Position numbers and translations under genes: made by a program. A model generated the notes under the pieces. It searched no databases, was not told where the DNA came from, and saw only the letters and a program-made list of their open reading frames with translations. A stretch of 64,000 nt of DNA. It comes from an uncultured Thermoleophilaceae bacterium (GTDB lineage: Bacteria > Actinomycetota > Thermoleophilia > Solirubrobacterales > Thermoleophilaceae). Positions 27,956-39,700 of the stretch are shown here, in pieces. Location of the stretch: positions 43,896 through 107,895 of the forward strand of contig CAVTES010000002.1 in the NCBI GenBank assembly GCA_963733885.1, in the 5' to 3' direction. The first letter of the stretch is position 1. Every line of letters begins with the position of its first letter.

Positions 27956-28920
27956 GCGCTCGCTTCATATCGCGGAAGGTCCTCGGGTCGCTGGCCACGC
28001 TGGTCTTCGTGGTCATCTTCAACTTCTTCCTGTTCCGCGTGGTCGAGGCCGACCCCGTGGCGAACCTGTTCCGAGGCAAGGAGATGAGCGCGAGCCAGCG
28101 CGCCGAGCTCACCAAGGAGTTCGGGCTCGAGGGCTCGCAGGGGGAGCAGTTCCTGCGATACCTGGAGCAGACCGCCTCGCTGAACTTCGGGCGCTCGTAC
28201 TCGACCAACCAGCCCGTGACCGATGAGATCCGGGAGAAGGCGCTCCCCACGATCGCCCTCGTCGGGGTGGCCGCCGTCCTGTCGGCGGTGTTCGGCGTGA
28301 TGCTCGGAGTCATCGCCGCCTGGCGAAGACGCACGGCCGCCGACTACACGGTCACCGGCTTCACCATGAGCTTCTATTCGATGCCCGACTTCTGGCTGGG
28401 CATGATCCTGCTCACCATCTTCGCCGTCGGCCTGGGCTGGTTCCCGGTCGGCGGGATAACGGATCCCGCCTCGACCGCGACCGGCTTCGGCAAGCTGCTC
28501 GATCAGACCGAGCACATGGTGCTGCCGGCGGTGACCCTGACGCTGGCATACCTGGGCGAATACGCCATCGTCATGCGCTCCTCGCTGCTTGACACGATGC
28601 GCGAGGACTACCTGCTCCTCGCGCGTGCCAAGGGGCTGCGGGACGTGATGGTTCGCAACCGGCATGCGGTGCCCAACGCGCTCCTGCCCGTGGTCGCGAT
28701 CGGGGCGATCAACTTCGGCTTCGTGCTCTCCGGGGCGATCGCCGTGGAGGCGATCTTCTCCTGGCCGGGCCTCGGGCTCGCGACCTACGAGGCGTTGAAG
28801 GGGCCCGACTTGCCGATGCTCCAGGGACTGTTCCTCGTGTTCAGCGCGTCGGTGATCCTGTTCAACCTGATCGCCGACCTGCTGTACGGGTACCTCGATC
28901 CACGGGTACGCACGGAATGA
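27952..28920 (+). CDS. ABC peptide transporter permease (DppB/OppB-like)
   Basis: The GTG at 27952 overlaps the SBP stop (GTGA). VSARFISRKVLGSLATLVFVV N-terminus, EAA-loop region LARAKGL. Confidence 0.9.
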   Translation: MSARFISRKVLGSLATLVFVVIFNFFLFRVVEADPVANLFRGKEMSASQRAELTKEFGLEGSQGEQFLRYLEQTASLNFGRSYSTNQPVTDEIREKALPTIALVGVAAVLSAVFGVMLGVIAAWRRRTAADYTVTGFTMSFYSMPDFWLGMILLTIFAVGLGWFPVGGITDPASTATGFGKLLDQTEHMVLPAVTLTLAYLGEYAIVMRSSLLDTMREDYLLLARAKGLRDVMVRNRHAVPNALLPVVAIGAINFGFVLSGAIAVEAIFSWPGLGLATYEALKGPDLPMLQGLFLVFSASVILFNLIADLLYGYLDPRVRTE

Positions 28921-29831
28921 GCGCGGCGGCCCTTCCCTCTGCACGCCGGGTCACATGGCTGCGGCGCAGGCGCGCGCTCGCGGGGATCTGGCGGGACTTC
29001 CGCGGCCACCGCCCGGGCATGATCGGCCTTGTCTTCCTCGCCCTCGTGGTGGCCATGGCGCTGGCGGCTCCCCTCCTGGCGGACGAAGCCGGCCTGAGGG
29101 CCATCAACACCACCGGCAATCCCACCTTCGCCAGCCCGTCGGAGTTCGGGCCGCTGGGCACGGACGCACTCGGGCGCGACGTGCTGACTCAGATCATCTG
29201 GGGATCCCGGATCAGCCTGCTCGTCGGCCTCGCGGCGACCGTCCTGGCCATGCTGATCGGCTCGGTGGTCGGCATCACCGCCGGCTTCTTCGGCGGGCGA
29301 ATCGGGGGCGTGCTGATGCGGCTCACCGAGTGGTTCCTGGTGATCCCGTTCCTACCGCTGGCGATCGCGCTCGCCGCGATCCTCGGGCCCTCGATCCAGA
29401 ACATCATCATCGTCATCGGGATCACCTCCTGGCCCTCCACAGCGCGCGTCATCCACGCCCAGCTGCTCACGCTCAAGGAGCGCGACTACGTCGACCGCAG
29501 TCGCGCGCTCGGGGCGTCCAACTGGCACCTGATGACCCGGCACATTCTGCCCAACGTCTCGCCTCTGATCCTCGCCACCACCACGCTGACGGTGCCGATC
29601 GTGATCCTCACGGAGGCCACCCTGTCCTTCCTCGGGCTGGGGGATCCGAGGAACGCGTCGTGGGGCCAGATGCTGGACGAGGCGTTCGAGTCGGGCGCTG
29701 TCACCCTCGAGGCGTGGTGGTACATCGTGCCGCCAGGCCTCGGCATCATGCTGGTGGTTCTGGCCTTCACGCTGATCGGGCAGGCGCTGGAGGAGATCCT
29801 GGATCCGCGGCTGAGGGACCAGCGGGCATGA
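28917..29831 (+). CDS. ABC peptide transporter permease (DppC/OppC-like)
   Basis: ATGA overlap with the preceding gene. Motifs PLGTDALGRDVL and YVDRSRALGAS. Confidence 0.9.
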   Translation: MSAAALPSARRVTWLRRRRALAGIWRDFRGHRPGMIGLVFLALVVAMALAAPLLADEAGLRAINTTGNPTFASPSEFGPLGTDALGRDVLTQIIWGSRISLLVGLAATVLAMLIGSVVGITAGFFGGRIGGVLMRLTEWFLVIPFLPLAIALAAILGPSIQNIIIVIGITSWPSTARVIHAQLLTLKERDYVDRSRALGASNWHLMTRHILPNVSPLILATTTLTVPIVILTEATLSFLGLGDPRNASWGQMLDEAFESGAVTLEAWWYIVPPGLGIMLVVLAFTLIGQALEEILDPRLRDQRA

Positions 29832-30832
29832 GCGCCGAGCCCGACGCCGGAGCCGGACCTCTCCTGTCGGTGCACGACCTGCACGTGACCTACCGGACCC
29901 GCGGAGCGCCGGTCCCCGCTGTCCGCGGCGTGGACCTCGAGCTGGCGGTGGGCGAGACGCTCGGGGTGGCCGGCGAGTCCGGCTGCGGCAAGTCGTCGCT
30001 GGCCGGTGCGCTGCTGCGCCTCCTGCCCATGGGCACCGAGGTGACCGGCGAGGTGCTGCTCGACGGCGAGGACGTGTTGAAGATGAGACCCGGCCGGCTG
30101 CGCGCCGTGCGGTGGACGGAGCTGGCGATCGTCTTCCAGGGCGCGCTCCACACGCTGAACCCGGTGCAGCGCGTGGGGAGCCAGATCGCCGAGGCGATCC
30201 GGCTCCACTCGAAGGAGGCTCGCGGTGGAGCGGTCTCGAAACGGGTGGACGAGCTGCTCGAGCTGGTGGGCCTGCCGGCCCGCCGGGCGCGGGACTACCC
30301 GCACCAGCTCTCCGGCGGCCAGCGCCAGCGCGTGCTGATCGCCCTCGCCTTGGCCTGCGATCCGCGGCTGCTGATCGCCGACGAGCCGACCACCGCGCTC
30401 GACGTGATGGTGCAGGCTCAGGTGCTGCGCCTCCTCGAGGACCTGCAGGAGCGGTTCGGCCTCGCGGTGATCTTCATCACCCACGACCTGTCGACGCTGG
30501 CGGCGGTCTGCAAGCGCATCGCCGTGATGTACGCGGGGCGGCTCGTCGAGCGGGGGCCCAGTGAGGCGGTGTTCGAGGATCCCGCCCATCCCTACACGCG
30601 CGGGCTCGCCGAGGCGTTCCCTGTGATCGGCGATTCACACTTCCGCATGAACCCGTCCGGCCTGCCCGGCGACCCGCCCGATCCCCGTCACCTGCCGACG
30701 GGCTGCCCGTTCCACCCCCGCTGCCCGGCGGCGATCGACATCTGCTCGTCCACGGCGGTTGAGCTCTGGCCCGCGGGGGATGGGCGCACGGCGGCCTGCG
30801 TCCATGCCCCCGGCTCCCCGGTGACCACGTGA
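29828..30832 (+). CDS. ABC peptide transporter ATP-binding protein (DppD/OppD-like)
   Basis: The ATG at 29828 overlaps the upstream stop (ATGA), inside track ORF 28955..30832. [30 protein letters not shown], and a C-terminal oligopeptide domain with CPFHPRC. Confidence 0.9.
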   Translation: MSAEPDAGAGPLLSVHDLHVTYRTRGAPVPAVRGVDLELAVGETLGVAGESGCGKSSLAGALLRLLPMGTEVTGEVLLDGEDVLKMRPGRLRAVRWTELAIVFQGALHTLNPVQRVGSQIAEAIRLHSKEARGGAVSKRVDELLELVGLPARRARDYPHQLSGGQRQRVLIALALACDPRLLIADEPTTALDVMVQAQVLRLLEDLQERFGLAVIFITHDLSTLAAVCKRIAVMYAGRLVERGPSEAVFEDPAHPYTRGLAEAFPVIGDSHFRMNPSGLPGDPPDPRHLPTGCPFHPRCPAAIDICSSTAVELWPAGDGRTAACVHAPGSPVTT

Positions 30833-31779
30833 ACCGGGACGCGCCTCTCCTCGAGCTGCGTGACGTGCACGTGGAGTACGCCGGGCGGGGGAGCGTCGCG
30901 CGCGCCGTGGACGGGGTTGACCTCTCGATGCGCAGCGGCGAGATCCTCGCGCTGGTGGGAGAGTCGGGCTGCGGCAAGACCACGCTGGCCCGGACGATCG
31001 TCGGACTGCAGCGCCCCACGAAGGGCGAGGTGCATGTGCGAGGCAAGCCGCTCGGCTACGGCCGCAGCGCCCTGCGCGAGCACCGACGCTCGGCCCAGCT
31101 GATCTTCCAGGACCCGACTGGGGCGCTCAACGCCCGCCAGACGATCTACGAGGCGGTGGCCGAAGGGCTTCGCATCCAGCGCATCGAGGGCGACGAGGAG
31201 CGGCTGGTGGCAGAGGCCCTCTCGCGAGCCGGGTTGCGCCCGCCCGAGCGCTTCTTCACGGCCTACCCGTACCAGATCTCCGGCGGCCAGCGCCAGCGCG
31301 TGATCATCGCCGGCGCGATGGCGCTCAGCCCGAGCCTGCTGGTGGCGGACGAGCCGGTGTCGTCGCTGGACGCCTCGGTGCGCGGCGAGATCCTGGCCCT
31401 GATGCTGCGCTTGGTGCAGGAGACCAAGGTGGGCATCCTCGTCGTCACGCACGACCTTGGCCTCGCCTGGAACGTGGCCAACCGGGTGGCCGTGATGTAC
31501 CTGGGGCGGATCGTCGAGGAGGGCACGACCGAGGAGATCCTCACCGCGGCGCGGCATCCATACACGCGCGCGCTGCTGTCGGTGGTGCCCGAGGTGGAGG
31601 AGATGGAGCAGCTGATCCTCGTCGGCGAGGCGCCCGACCCCACGCGCATCCCGGCGGGATGCCGCTTCCACCCTCGCTGCCCGCTCGTGGCGTCCGGGGA
31701 GGCCGAGCGGCTCGGCATCGTGGAGCGCTGCCGGACCGAGGACCCGCTGAAGCTCCCGGCCTGCCACGCGGTGGCATGA
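30829..31779 (+). CDS. ABC peptide transporter ATP-binding protein (DppF/OppF-like)
   Basis: [38 protein letters not shown]. Confidence 0.9.
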   Translation: MNRDAPLLELRDVHVEYAGRGSVARAVDGVDLSMRSGEILALVGESGCGKTTLARTIVGLQRPTKGEVHVRGKPLGYGRSALREHRRSAQLIFQDPTGALNARQTIYEAVAEGLRIQRIEGDEERLVAEALSRAGLRPPERFFTAYPYQISGGQRQRVIIAGAMALSPSLLVADEPVSSLDASVRGEILALMLRLVQETKVGILVVTHDLGLAWNVANRVAVMYLGRIVEEGTTEEILTAARHPYTRALLSVVPEVEEMEQLILVGEAPDPTRIPAGCRFHPRCPLVASGEAERLGIVERCRTEDPLKLPACHAVA

Positions 31780-31816
31780 CCGAGAAGCTGCCTTAGGTGA
31801 CAAAGGGCCTCGCGAC

Positions 31817-33805
31817 CTAGACGCAGTCCCGCGGGAGGGCGAGCTCCCACGTGCGCTCGAACACCCGCTCGTCGCCCTCGAACGCCTCGAGCCTCTGTGT
31901 GACCAGGAACTCCGTCGCGGTCGAGCGCATGAGGCTGTCGGTCTCCACCCGCGTCTGCCAGTCGCCACGGCCGAGGCCCGTGGTGCAGCGGACGTGCACG
32001 CTCGCCGCCAGCGGGTCGCCGGCGACGATGCGGTAGGTGGTCAGGTTGGTGTCGAGCATCTCGGTGCCGAACTCCGGCAAGCGCCGGCGCCCGCCCACGT
32101 CCCACTCGAACTCGACCTCGTGCGCTCCCGTGGCGCGGTCGTGGTGATGCCGGCGGTGCGTCTCGCCCGGCTCGAGCACCTCCACCTCGATCGGCTCGGC
32201 CCATTCCGGCTCCTCGAAGGGGGGCGGGTCGAGCTCTTCCTCGCGGGCGGCACGGACCGGCAGGGTCACGTGGCCGCCGTGCAGGGTGAGGGTCACGGGC
32301 TCCGGCGAGGGCCACGCCCAGGGCCAGTAGGAGGTGGAGATCGCCACGCGCAGCCGGTGGCCGGCCGGCACGGCCTGCGCGATGGCGTCGAGCCTTACCC
32401 CCACTTCGTACCGCCGCCCGGGCTCGAGCGGCCGCGGGTCGGCATGGCCGTCGCGATGGGTGAGGTTCAGGAGGCCGCGGGTCACGAGCAGCGACGTGCC
32501 GTCAGGCGCAACCGAGCAGAGCCGTACCGCTAGGAGCGCCTGCGGCCGGTCGACCGAGATGCCGAGGTTCACGTGGGGGAAGCCGAGGATCTCGAGACGG
32601 TCCTCCAGCGGCTCGAGGTCGAACGTGAGCGAGCGCTCGTCCTCGGCGCGCTGGTCCGGGGGCCAGTCGCCCTCGCCGCCGTCCGGGCACCAGGCGCCGG
32701 CGTCGGCACCGGTCGACTCGACGCTGTGGTGGGTCAGCGGCGCGTCGCTCGGCAGCGGCAGCTCACGCGCTTCCACACTTGGTGGCGGCCAGGCCGGCTC
32801 CGTGATCCAGCGCCCCGGCCGCTCGACGTAGTGAGCGGCCGGCTCGACGGGGTCCTGCATCCAGACCCGCAGCATCGGCTCGTCCATGATCCCGGTGTCC
32901 GCGCCCTTCAGCCAGTGGTCCCACCAGCGCCTGCACTCTTGGAGGAAGCCGATCGTGGGGCCGGGCCGGCCGTCCTGCGGGAAGGCGTGCGACCAGGGCC
33001 CGATCAGTCCCTTGCGCGGCCCGGGTAGGCCCTCCATCAGGCGCGGCACGGCGTTCGAGTAGCCGTCCGCCCAGCCGCCCACGGCGTACACGGCGGCCTC
33101 GATGGCGCCATAGTCCTCGCACACCGAGCCTTGGCGCCAGTAACCGTCGCGGCGCTGGTGGGCGAGCCAGGCCTCGACCATCGCCGGCGTCCGCTTCATC
33201 CGCTCCATCCAGGTCTCGCGCCAGCCGTCGCCCACTGCCGCCGGGTCCGGCGGCATCGACGTGAGCGTGAGCATGGTGGCCGCCCAGGGGAGCATGTCCA
33301 CGCCGAGCACGCAGCCGCCCACGTAGTGCACGTCGTCGGCGTAGCGGTCGTCGCTGGCGCACATCGTCACGATGGCCTTCAGCGCCGGGGGCCGGCGGGC
33401 CGCCACCTGCAGGCCGTTGAAGCCGCCCCAGGAGATGCCCATCATCCCCACCGCGCCGCTGCACCATGGCTGATCCGCCAGCCAGGCGATGACCTCGAGG
33501 GCGTCGTCCTGCTCCTGGGGGAGGTACTCGTCGAGCAGGATGCCGTCGGAGTCGCCGCTGCCGCGCAGGTCCACGCGCACACCCGCGTAGCCGTGACCGG
33601 CGAACCAGTGATGGTGATACGAGTCGCGCCGGGCGAAGGCGTCCCCCTTGCGGTAGGGGAGGTACTCGAGGATCGCCGGCACGGGGTCCGCCTCGGCGTC
33701 CTCGGGCAGCCAGATCCGCGCCGCCAGCCTGGCGCCGTCGGACATCGAGATCCAGGTGTGGTCGATCCGGCGGACGCGGCGGGGAAACTCGGTGCGGACG
33801 CCCAC
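31817..33805 (-). CDS. CocE/NonD family hydrolase (S15 X-Pro dipeptidyl-peptidase fold)
   Basis: Trimmed to the GTG at 33805 (tentative). DGARLAARIWLPEDA...PAILEYLPYRKGD, DLRGSGDSDG, nucleophile region GMMGISWGG. Confidence 0.82.
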   Translation of the reverse strand: MGVRTEFPRRVRRIDHTWISMSDGARLAARIWLPEDAEADPVPAILEYLPYRKGDAFARRDSYHHHWFAGHGYAGVRVDLRGSGDSDGILLDEYLPQEQDDALEVIAWLADQPWCSGAVGMMGISWGGFNGLQVAARRPPALKAIVTMCASDDRYADDVHYVGGCVLGVDMLPWAATMLTLTSMPPDPAAVGDGWRETWMERMKRTPAMVEAWLAHQRRDGYWRQGSVCEDYGAIEAAVYAVGGWADGYSNAVPRLMEGLPGPRKGLIGPWSHAFPQDGRPGPTIGFLQECRRWWDHWLKGADTGIMDEPMLRVWMQDPVEPAAHYVERPGRWITEPAWPPPSVEARELPLPSDAPLTHHSVESTGADAGAWCPDGGEGDWPPDQRAEDERSLTFDLEPLEDRLEILGFPHVNLGISVDRPQALLAVRLCSVAPDGTSLLVTRGLLNLTHRDGHADPRPLEPGRRYEVGVRLDAIAQAVPAGHRLRVAISTSYWPWAWPSPEPVTLTLHGGHVTLPVRAAREEELDPPPFEEPEWAEPIEVEVLEPGETHRRHHHDRATGAHEVEFEWDVGGRRRLPEFGTEMLDTNLTTYRIVAGDPLAASVHVRCTTGLGRGDWQTRVETDSLMRSTATEFLVTQRLEAFEGDERVFERTWELALPRDCV

Positions 33806-34025
33806 GGGTGGCGGCAGTCTAGGGCCTGGGTCCACCGATCCTGGCGGCGTGTCCGCACCGGATGCCGTCGCCAGGCACCACCGGCTCGCTCGCGAGGGGA
33901 CTACCCTCGCTCCGCTCGCCGGCGGCGCCTTGCTCGGCCTCCGTCGCGGACACGCTCGCCAGTCCCGGTGGACCCAGGCCATGGCGCCGGTGGACCCGCC
34001 CCGGGCCGTCGGATAGCGTCGAACG

Positions 34026-35559
<1,534 letters not shown>

Positions 35560-35570
<11 letters not shown>

Positions 35571-36825
35571 GCTCTGCAGCCAGCTGCGCGACGACGTCGG
35601 CGTACTGGTCCACGTCCGCGTCGGCGTGCGCCACCGACAGCGTCCACTCGACGCCGCGGCCGCGCTTGGTGAGCACCCCGCGGTTCATCGCCCACAGCCA
35701 CACCAGCTCCGCGAGGTCGGGGTCGGCGGCGCTTCCCTTGATGCAGCCCCGGGCGCCGAGCGCCACCGTCGGCCCCGGCAGCCGCTCCGCGAGGCGCCGG
35801 CCGAGCCGTTCGAGGCGCTCGTACGCGGTCGGGGTGAGCACCTCGAGCAGGTTCGCGCGCGCCGCCGCCATGGCCAGCGGGTTGCCGTTGTAGGTGCCGA
35901 ACACCGGAACGGTGCCGTCCTCGACGAGTCGGGCCGCCTCCGCGCTCATCCCGACGGCTCCGCCGGGCAGGCCGCCGCCGAGCGCCTTCGCGAGCGTGAC
36001 CACGTCGGGGGTCACTCCGAAGCGCTCCACGGCGCCGCCGGCCGCGATCGCCAGGCCGGTCTTGACCTCGTCGAAGATCAAGGCGACGCCGCGGGCCCGG
36101 GTGATCTGGCGCACCCCCTCGAGGTAGCCGGAGTCGGGCGGCGAGATGCCGCCGTGCGTCATGGCGGCCTCCATCAGTACGCAGGCGGGCTCCCTTTCGG
36201 CCACTGCCCGCTCCATGGCCTCGAGGTCGTTGAAGGGCACCGCATGCACCAGGTCGAGGGTCGATCGCGGTATCCCGGCTGTGGCCTCCCTCGTGGCCAG
36301 CGCCGTGTCGTGGTGGCCGTGGTAGGCGCCGGCGATGGCGACCACCGGCTCGCGGCGGGCGAGCGCGCGGGCGATGCGGACGGCCGTCATCGTGGACTCC
36401 GTGCCGGAGTTGGTGAAGCGCCAGTGCGGCAGGCGGAAGCGCCGTGCCAGCTCCTCGGCGACCACGACGGCGTCCTCCGTGGGCGCACCGAAGTGCGTGC
36501 CCTGCCCGGCGCGCGCGGCGACCGCTCTCGCGATCGCCGGGTGGGCATGGCCCTGGATCATCGCCCCGAAGCCGTTGTGGAAGTCCACGTACTCGCGGCC
36601 GTCGGCGTCCCAGACGCGCGAGCCCTTCCCGTGCGTCATGTAGACGGGCCACGGGTGGCGGAGCTGGAAGGAGGAGGCCACGCCGCCGGGCAGCACTCGG
36701 GCGGCGCGGCGAAAGAGAGCCTCCGAGGCGCGAGTCCGGTCGTTCAGCGACGCGAGCTCGCGCCGTGCGAGGTCGCGGATGCGCTGAGGATCGGCTTCGA
36801 GAAGCGCCGGGGCGCGCGTGGCCAC
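35560..36825 (-). CDS. Class-III PLP-dependent aminotransferase (GSA-aminomutase-like)
   Basis: FHNGFGAMIQGHAHP, FTNSGTEST, IFDEVKTG (PLP Lys). Convergent 11-nt overlap with the ALDH gene. Confidence 0.87.
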
Positions 36826-36891
36826 GGGTTGAGCCTAACCTGGGCCGCCCGTCCGGCCCGCTTCCGCCGTTCCCTAGACTTGCGCCGCCGG

Positions 36892-38388
36892 ATGCGGCTT
36901 CTGGCCCCCATAGCGGCGCTCCTGGCCTGCGCGGCGATCGCCGCGGGCTGCGGCGGCGACGACAGCTCCGGCGGGGCGCTCGAGTCGGCGCTCGCCTATA
37001 TGCCGCAGAACACGCCGTTTGCCGTCGAAATCGACACCGACGTGGAGGGCGAGCGGTACCAGGCGCTCGACGACATCCTGGGCCGCTTCCCCACCGGTGA
37101 CAACATCGGGCGGATGCTCCAGGAGCAGATCGAGGAGGGTGCGGAGGGCGTCTCCTACGAGGACGACGTCAGGCCGCTGCTCGGCAACCCCTTCGTGGTC
37201 AGCGCCACGGATCCGGCCTCTTTCATCAGCGGGTCGGAGGATGACGACTTCGTCGCAGCCTTGCGGGTCGAGGACACCGACGCCCTGGACCGGCTCCTCG
37301 AGAAGACCGGCGTCCGGGAGGAAGGCGAAGTGGCGGGCGCAACCGTGTACGAGGACGACGGGACCGCCCTCGCCGTGGAGGACGACATGCTCGTGTTGGG
37401 CGGATCCCGGGAGCTGCTCGAAAGCGCGCTCGAACGAGCCGACGGCGACGACCACCTCGACGTGGACACGTTCGAGCGGAGCCTCGAGGGGCTGCCGGGG
37501 GACGCGCTGGCGCGGATCTACATGGACGTCCAGGCGCTGCTCGATCAGGAGCCCGGCGGCGAGGAAGCGCAGCAGGTGGAGTGGGTGGGCGCTCTGCGCA
37601 CGCTGGGGATCACCGCCACGGCCGCGGACGATGCGATCGACGTGGAGTTCAACCTGCGCACCGAGGGCCAGGACCTGAGCGACGAGGACCTGCCGCTGGC
37701 CGCAGGGGACGAGGCCGCCCAGGTGGTGCGGATCCCCGGCCAGGTCGGGTTCGGCCTCCGTGATCCGAGTCAGGTCGTCTCCTTCTTCGAGACTGTGTTC
37801 CAGACGCTCGACCCGCAGGGCTTCGGCGACTACGAGACCGGCAAGCGGGCCATCGCCCAGCGGTTTGATATCGACGTGGACGAGGACGTGTTCGGGCAGC
37901 TGACCGGCGACCTGTCTGTGTCGGTGTCGGTTGACGGAGCGTTCGGCGCCCGCGCGGAGGTCGCAGATCCGGATGCATTCGCCGAGACCGTCGACCGGCT
38001 TTCGGACGCGCTGCCGCAGCTCGGCGCGGGCCTCGGGGTGACCGACGTGGCGCGCCGCGGGAACCTCTACGAGGCGCGTCTGGCGGACGGCGGCCGGTTC
38101 GTCTTCGGCGTGCACAACGACGTGTTCGTCGCGGGCAGCAATCCGGCGCGCGCCTTGGCGATGACCTCACGGCAGCCCGAGGACGTATCCGGTGCGAACG
38201 GATCGCTCGTCATGTCGGCCGACGCCGAGCAGGTGGCGCTCCAGGTGCTCCGGCAGGTGGCCCCTGAACTGGGCCTGGGCGGGATCTTCGGAGGCGGTCT
38301 GTTCGCGCGCCCGCTGGACGAGCTGAGCGGCTCGGTGGCGACGAGCACGAACGGCATGCGCGGCTCGTTCAGCCTGACGCTGGACTGA
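36892..38388 (+). CDS. Secreted lipoprotein, DUF3352-like (tentative)
   Basis: The real start is the ATG at 36892, inside track ORF 35626..38388. Lipobox LLACAAIAAGCGGD. Acidic, about 498 aa. Confidence 0.68.
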   Translation: MRLLAPIAALLACAAIAAGCGGDDSSGGALESALAYMPQNTPFAVEIDTDVEGERYQALDDILGRFPTGDNIGRMLQEQIEEGAEGVSYEDDVRPLLGNPFVVSATDPASFISGSEDDDFVAALRVEDTDALDRLLEKTGVREEGEVAGATVYEDDGTALAVEDDMLVLGGSRELLESALERADGDDHLDVDTFERSLEGLPGDALARIYMDVQALLDQEPGGEEAQQVEWVGALRTLGITATAADDAIDVEFNLRTEGQDLSDEDLPLAAGDEAAQVVRIPGQVGFGLRDPSQVVSFFETVFQTLDPQGFGDYETGKRAIAQRFDIDVDEDVFGQLTGDLSVSVSVDGAFGARAEVADPDAFAETVDRLSDALPQLGAGLGVTDVARRGNLYEARLADGGRFVFGVHNDVFVAGSNPARALAMTSRQPEDVSGANGSLVMSADAEQVALQVLRQVAPELGLGGIFGGGLFARPLDELSGSVATSTNGMRGSFSLTLD

Positions 38389-38409
38389 GCCTGGATCCGG
38401 GCTCAGTCC
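38382..38409. terminator. Near-perfect 28-bp palindrome between convergent genes (bidirectional hairpin)
   Basis: GGACTGAGCC-tggatccg-GGCTCAGTCC: 10-bp arms around a GGATCC core. It overlaps the lipoprotein stop codon and has no U-tract. Confidence 0.45.
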
Positions 38410-38448
38410 AGGCGGGAACGTCGCAAGGGCGTCACGGGGACACCCGGC

Positions 38449-38850
38449 CTACTCTGACAGCCCCACAGATTCGAGGGCTTCACGCTCGCTGCGAAAGAAC
38501 GCCCACCAGACCGCCTTCCCGTCTCGCAGCACGGTGGCCTGCCACATCGTCTGTTCGACCGGGACGCTGCCAAGCGTCCCAGCCATGCGGAAATGCAAGA
38601 CGCCCCGGTCGCCGGATCCGCGGACGTCGAGCAATTCCCAGTTGACGTCCTCGAAAGCGCCGCGAACCGTGTCCCACCAGGCACGGACGCCGGCGTGACC
38701 TCGGAAGATCGTTCCTTCGGCCTCCGCCACCATCGACGTGAACTCGACGTCCTCGGCGGTGAGCGCCAGGAACGCTTCCAAGTCGCCCGAGTTCAGCGTC
38801 CCAAAGGCAGCCTCTGCCAAGGCCCGCTGCTCGACGCTCGCTTGCAACAT
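38449..38850 (-). CDS. SnoaL-like / NTF2-fold protein
   Basis: Trimmed to the ATG at 38850 (MLQASVEQRALAEAAFGTLNSGDLEAFLALTAEDVEF), the typical SnoaL_2 opening. Confidence 0.7.
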   Translation of the reverse strand: MLQASVEQRALAEAAFGTLNSGDLEAFLALTAEDVEFTSMVAEAEGTIFRGHAGVRAWWDTVRGAFEDVNWELLDVRGSGDRGVLHFRMAGTLGSVPVEQTMWQATVLRDGKAVWWAFFRSEREALESVGLSE

Positions 38851-39060
38851 AGCCCGCCCAGTATCTGCCGCTCGCGGGGCCGTGTCCAGCATTGCCTCAC
38901 GCCCGCGAGAAGCCAGAGGGGGCCCGGGCTGACCGTTCGGATCGACCGCTTTCCGGGGCCCTTGAGCTCTGGGCGAAAAATCCTGCTCTGTGCAAGGGAT
39001 CTTGCGGCAGGGCCTCGCGGCGCGCGCATACCACCGACGAACCACGGGTAGCGCCAAGGG

Positions 39061-39696
39061 GTGCGACTTCTCACGCTCCCAATCACCATCGTCCGTGTCC
39101 CATTCGAGCTCGGCTTCGGAGCCGCGAAAGAAGCGGTGAAGTTCGCGCACGGCCTGGTGGCAGGCGGCGAGGAGCCGGTCGCAGAGAATCCGCGCCCCGC
39201 TCCCCCGCCCCGCCGGCGCAGGCCGTCACGCAGGTCGGGCAACGGCAGGGCCAGCACGGGCCGCGCCGGCACCGAGCGCACCGGCGCAGGGCGCGCGGGC
39301 ACACGCCGTAGCGCCTCCCGCCGAGCCCGCACCGAGGCAACCGCTTCGCCGCCGCCCGCACCCGTGGCGAGCGCCGACGCACCCGCCCCCGTGACCGCCG
39401 CGCAGGCCGAGCCGGTCGCGGAGGCCCCCGCGTCCATCACCACCGAGCCCACCCACGTCAGCGAGGAGCCCGAGCTCGTGGCCGAGACCGCCGAGACCGG
39501 CGCCGAGGACGGTGCCGGGGCAGAGGTCGCGGTGGACGAGCCCTGGCCCGGCTACGACAACATGAACGCGCCGGACATCGAGGACAGGCTCGTGACCGAG
39601 GGCCCCGAGACCGCCGCGGCGGTCAGCCTCTACGAGGCGTCGCACAAAGGCCGCGCCTCGATCCTCGAAGCCGCCTCTCGCAACATCACCGGCTGA
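39061..39696 (+). CDS. Hypothetical protein with an Arg-rich and acidic low-complexity centre and a conserved C-terminal PWPGYD domain
   Basis: High GC3 throughout. The C-terminus EPWPGYDNMNAPDIEDRLVTEGPETAAAVSLYEASHKGRASILEAA resembles an actinobacterial conserved C-terminal module I cannot name. Confidence 0.5.
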   Translation: MRLLTLPITIVRVPFELGFGAAKEAVKFAHGLVAGGEEPVAENPRPAPPPRRRRPSRRSGNGRASTGRAGTERTGAGRAGTRRSASRRARTEATASPPPAPVASADAPAPVTAAQAEPVAEAPASITTEPTHVSEEPELVAETAETGAEDGAGAEVAVDEPWPGYDNMNAPDIEDRLVTEGPETAAAVSLYEASHKGRASILEAASRNITG

Positions 39697-39700
39697 TCGC

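Noticed and set aside
35626-38388. 920-aa and 603-aa (42894..44705), 625-aa (28955..30832) and 570-aa (12445..14157) track ORFs taken at full length
   Set aside because: In each case only the 3' part matches a protein family. The 5' extension overlaps a neighbouring well-supported gene in another frame or strand, so the starts were moved to 36892, 43812, 29828 and 13230.
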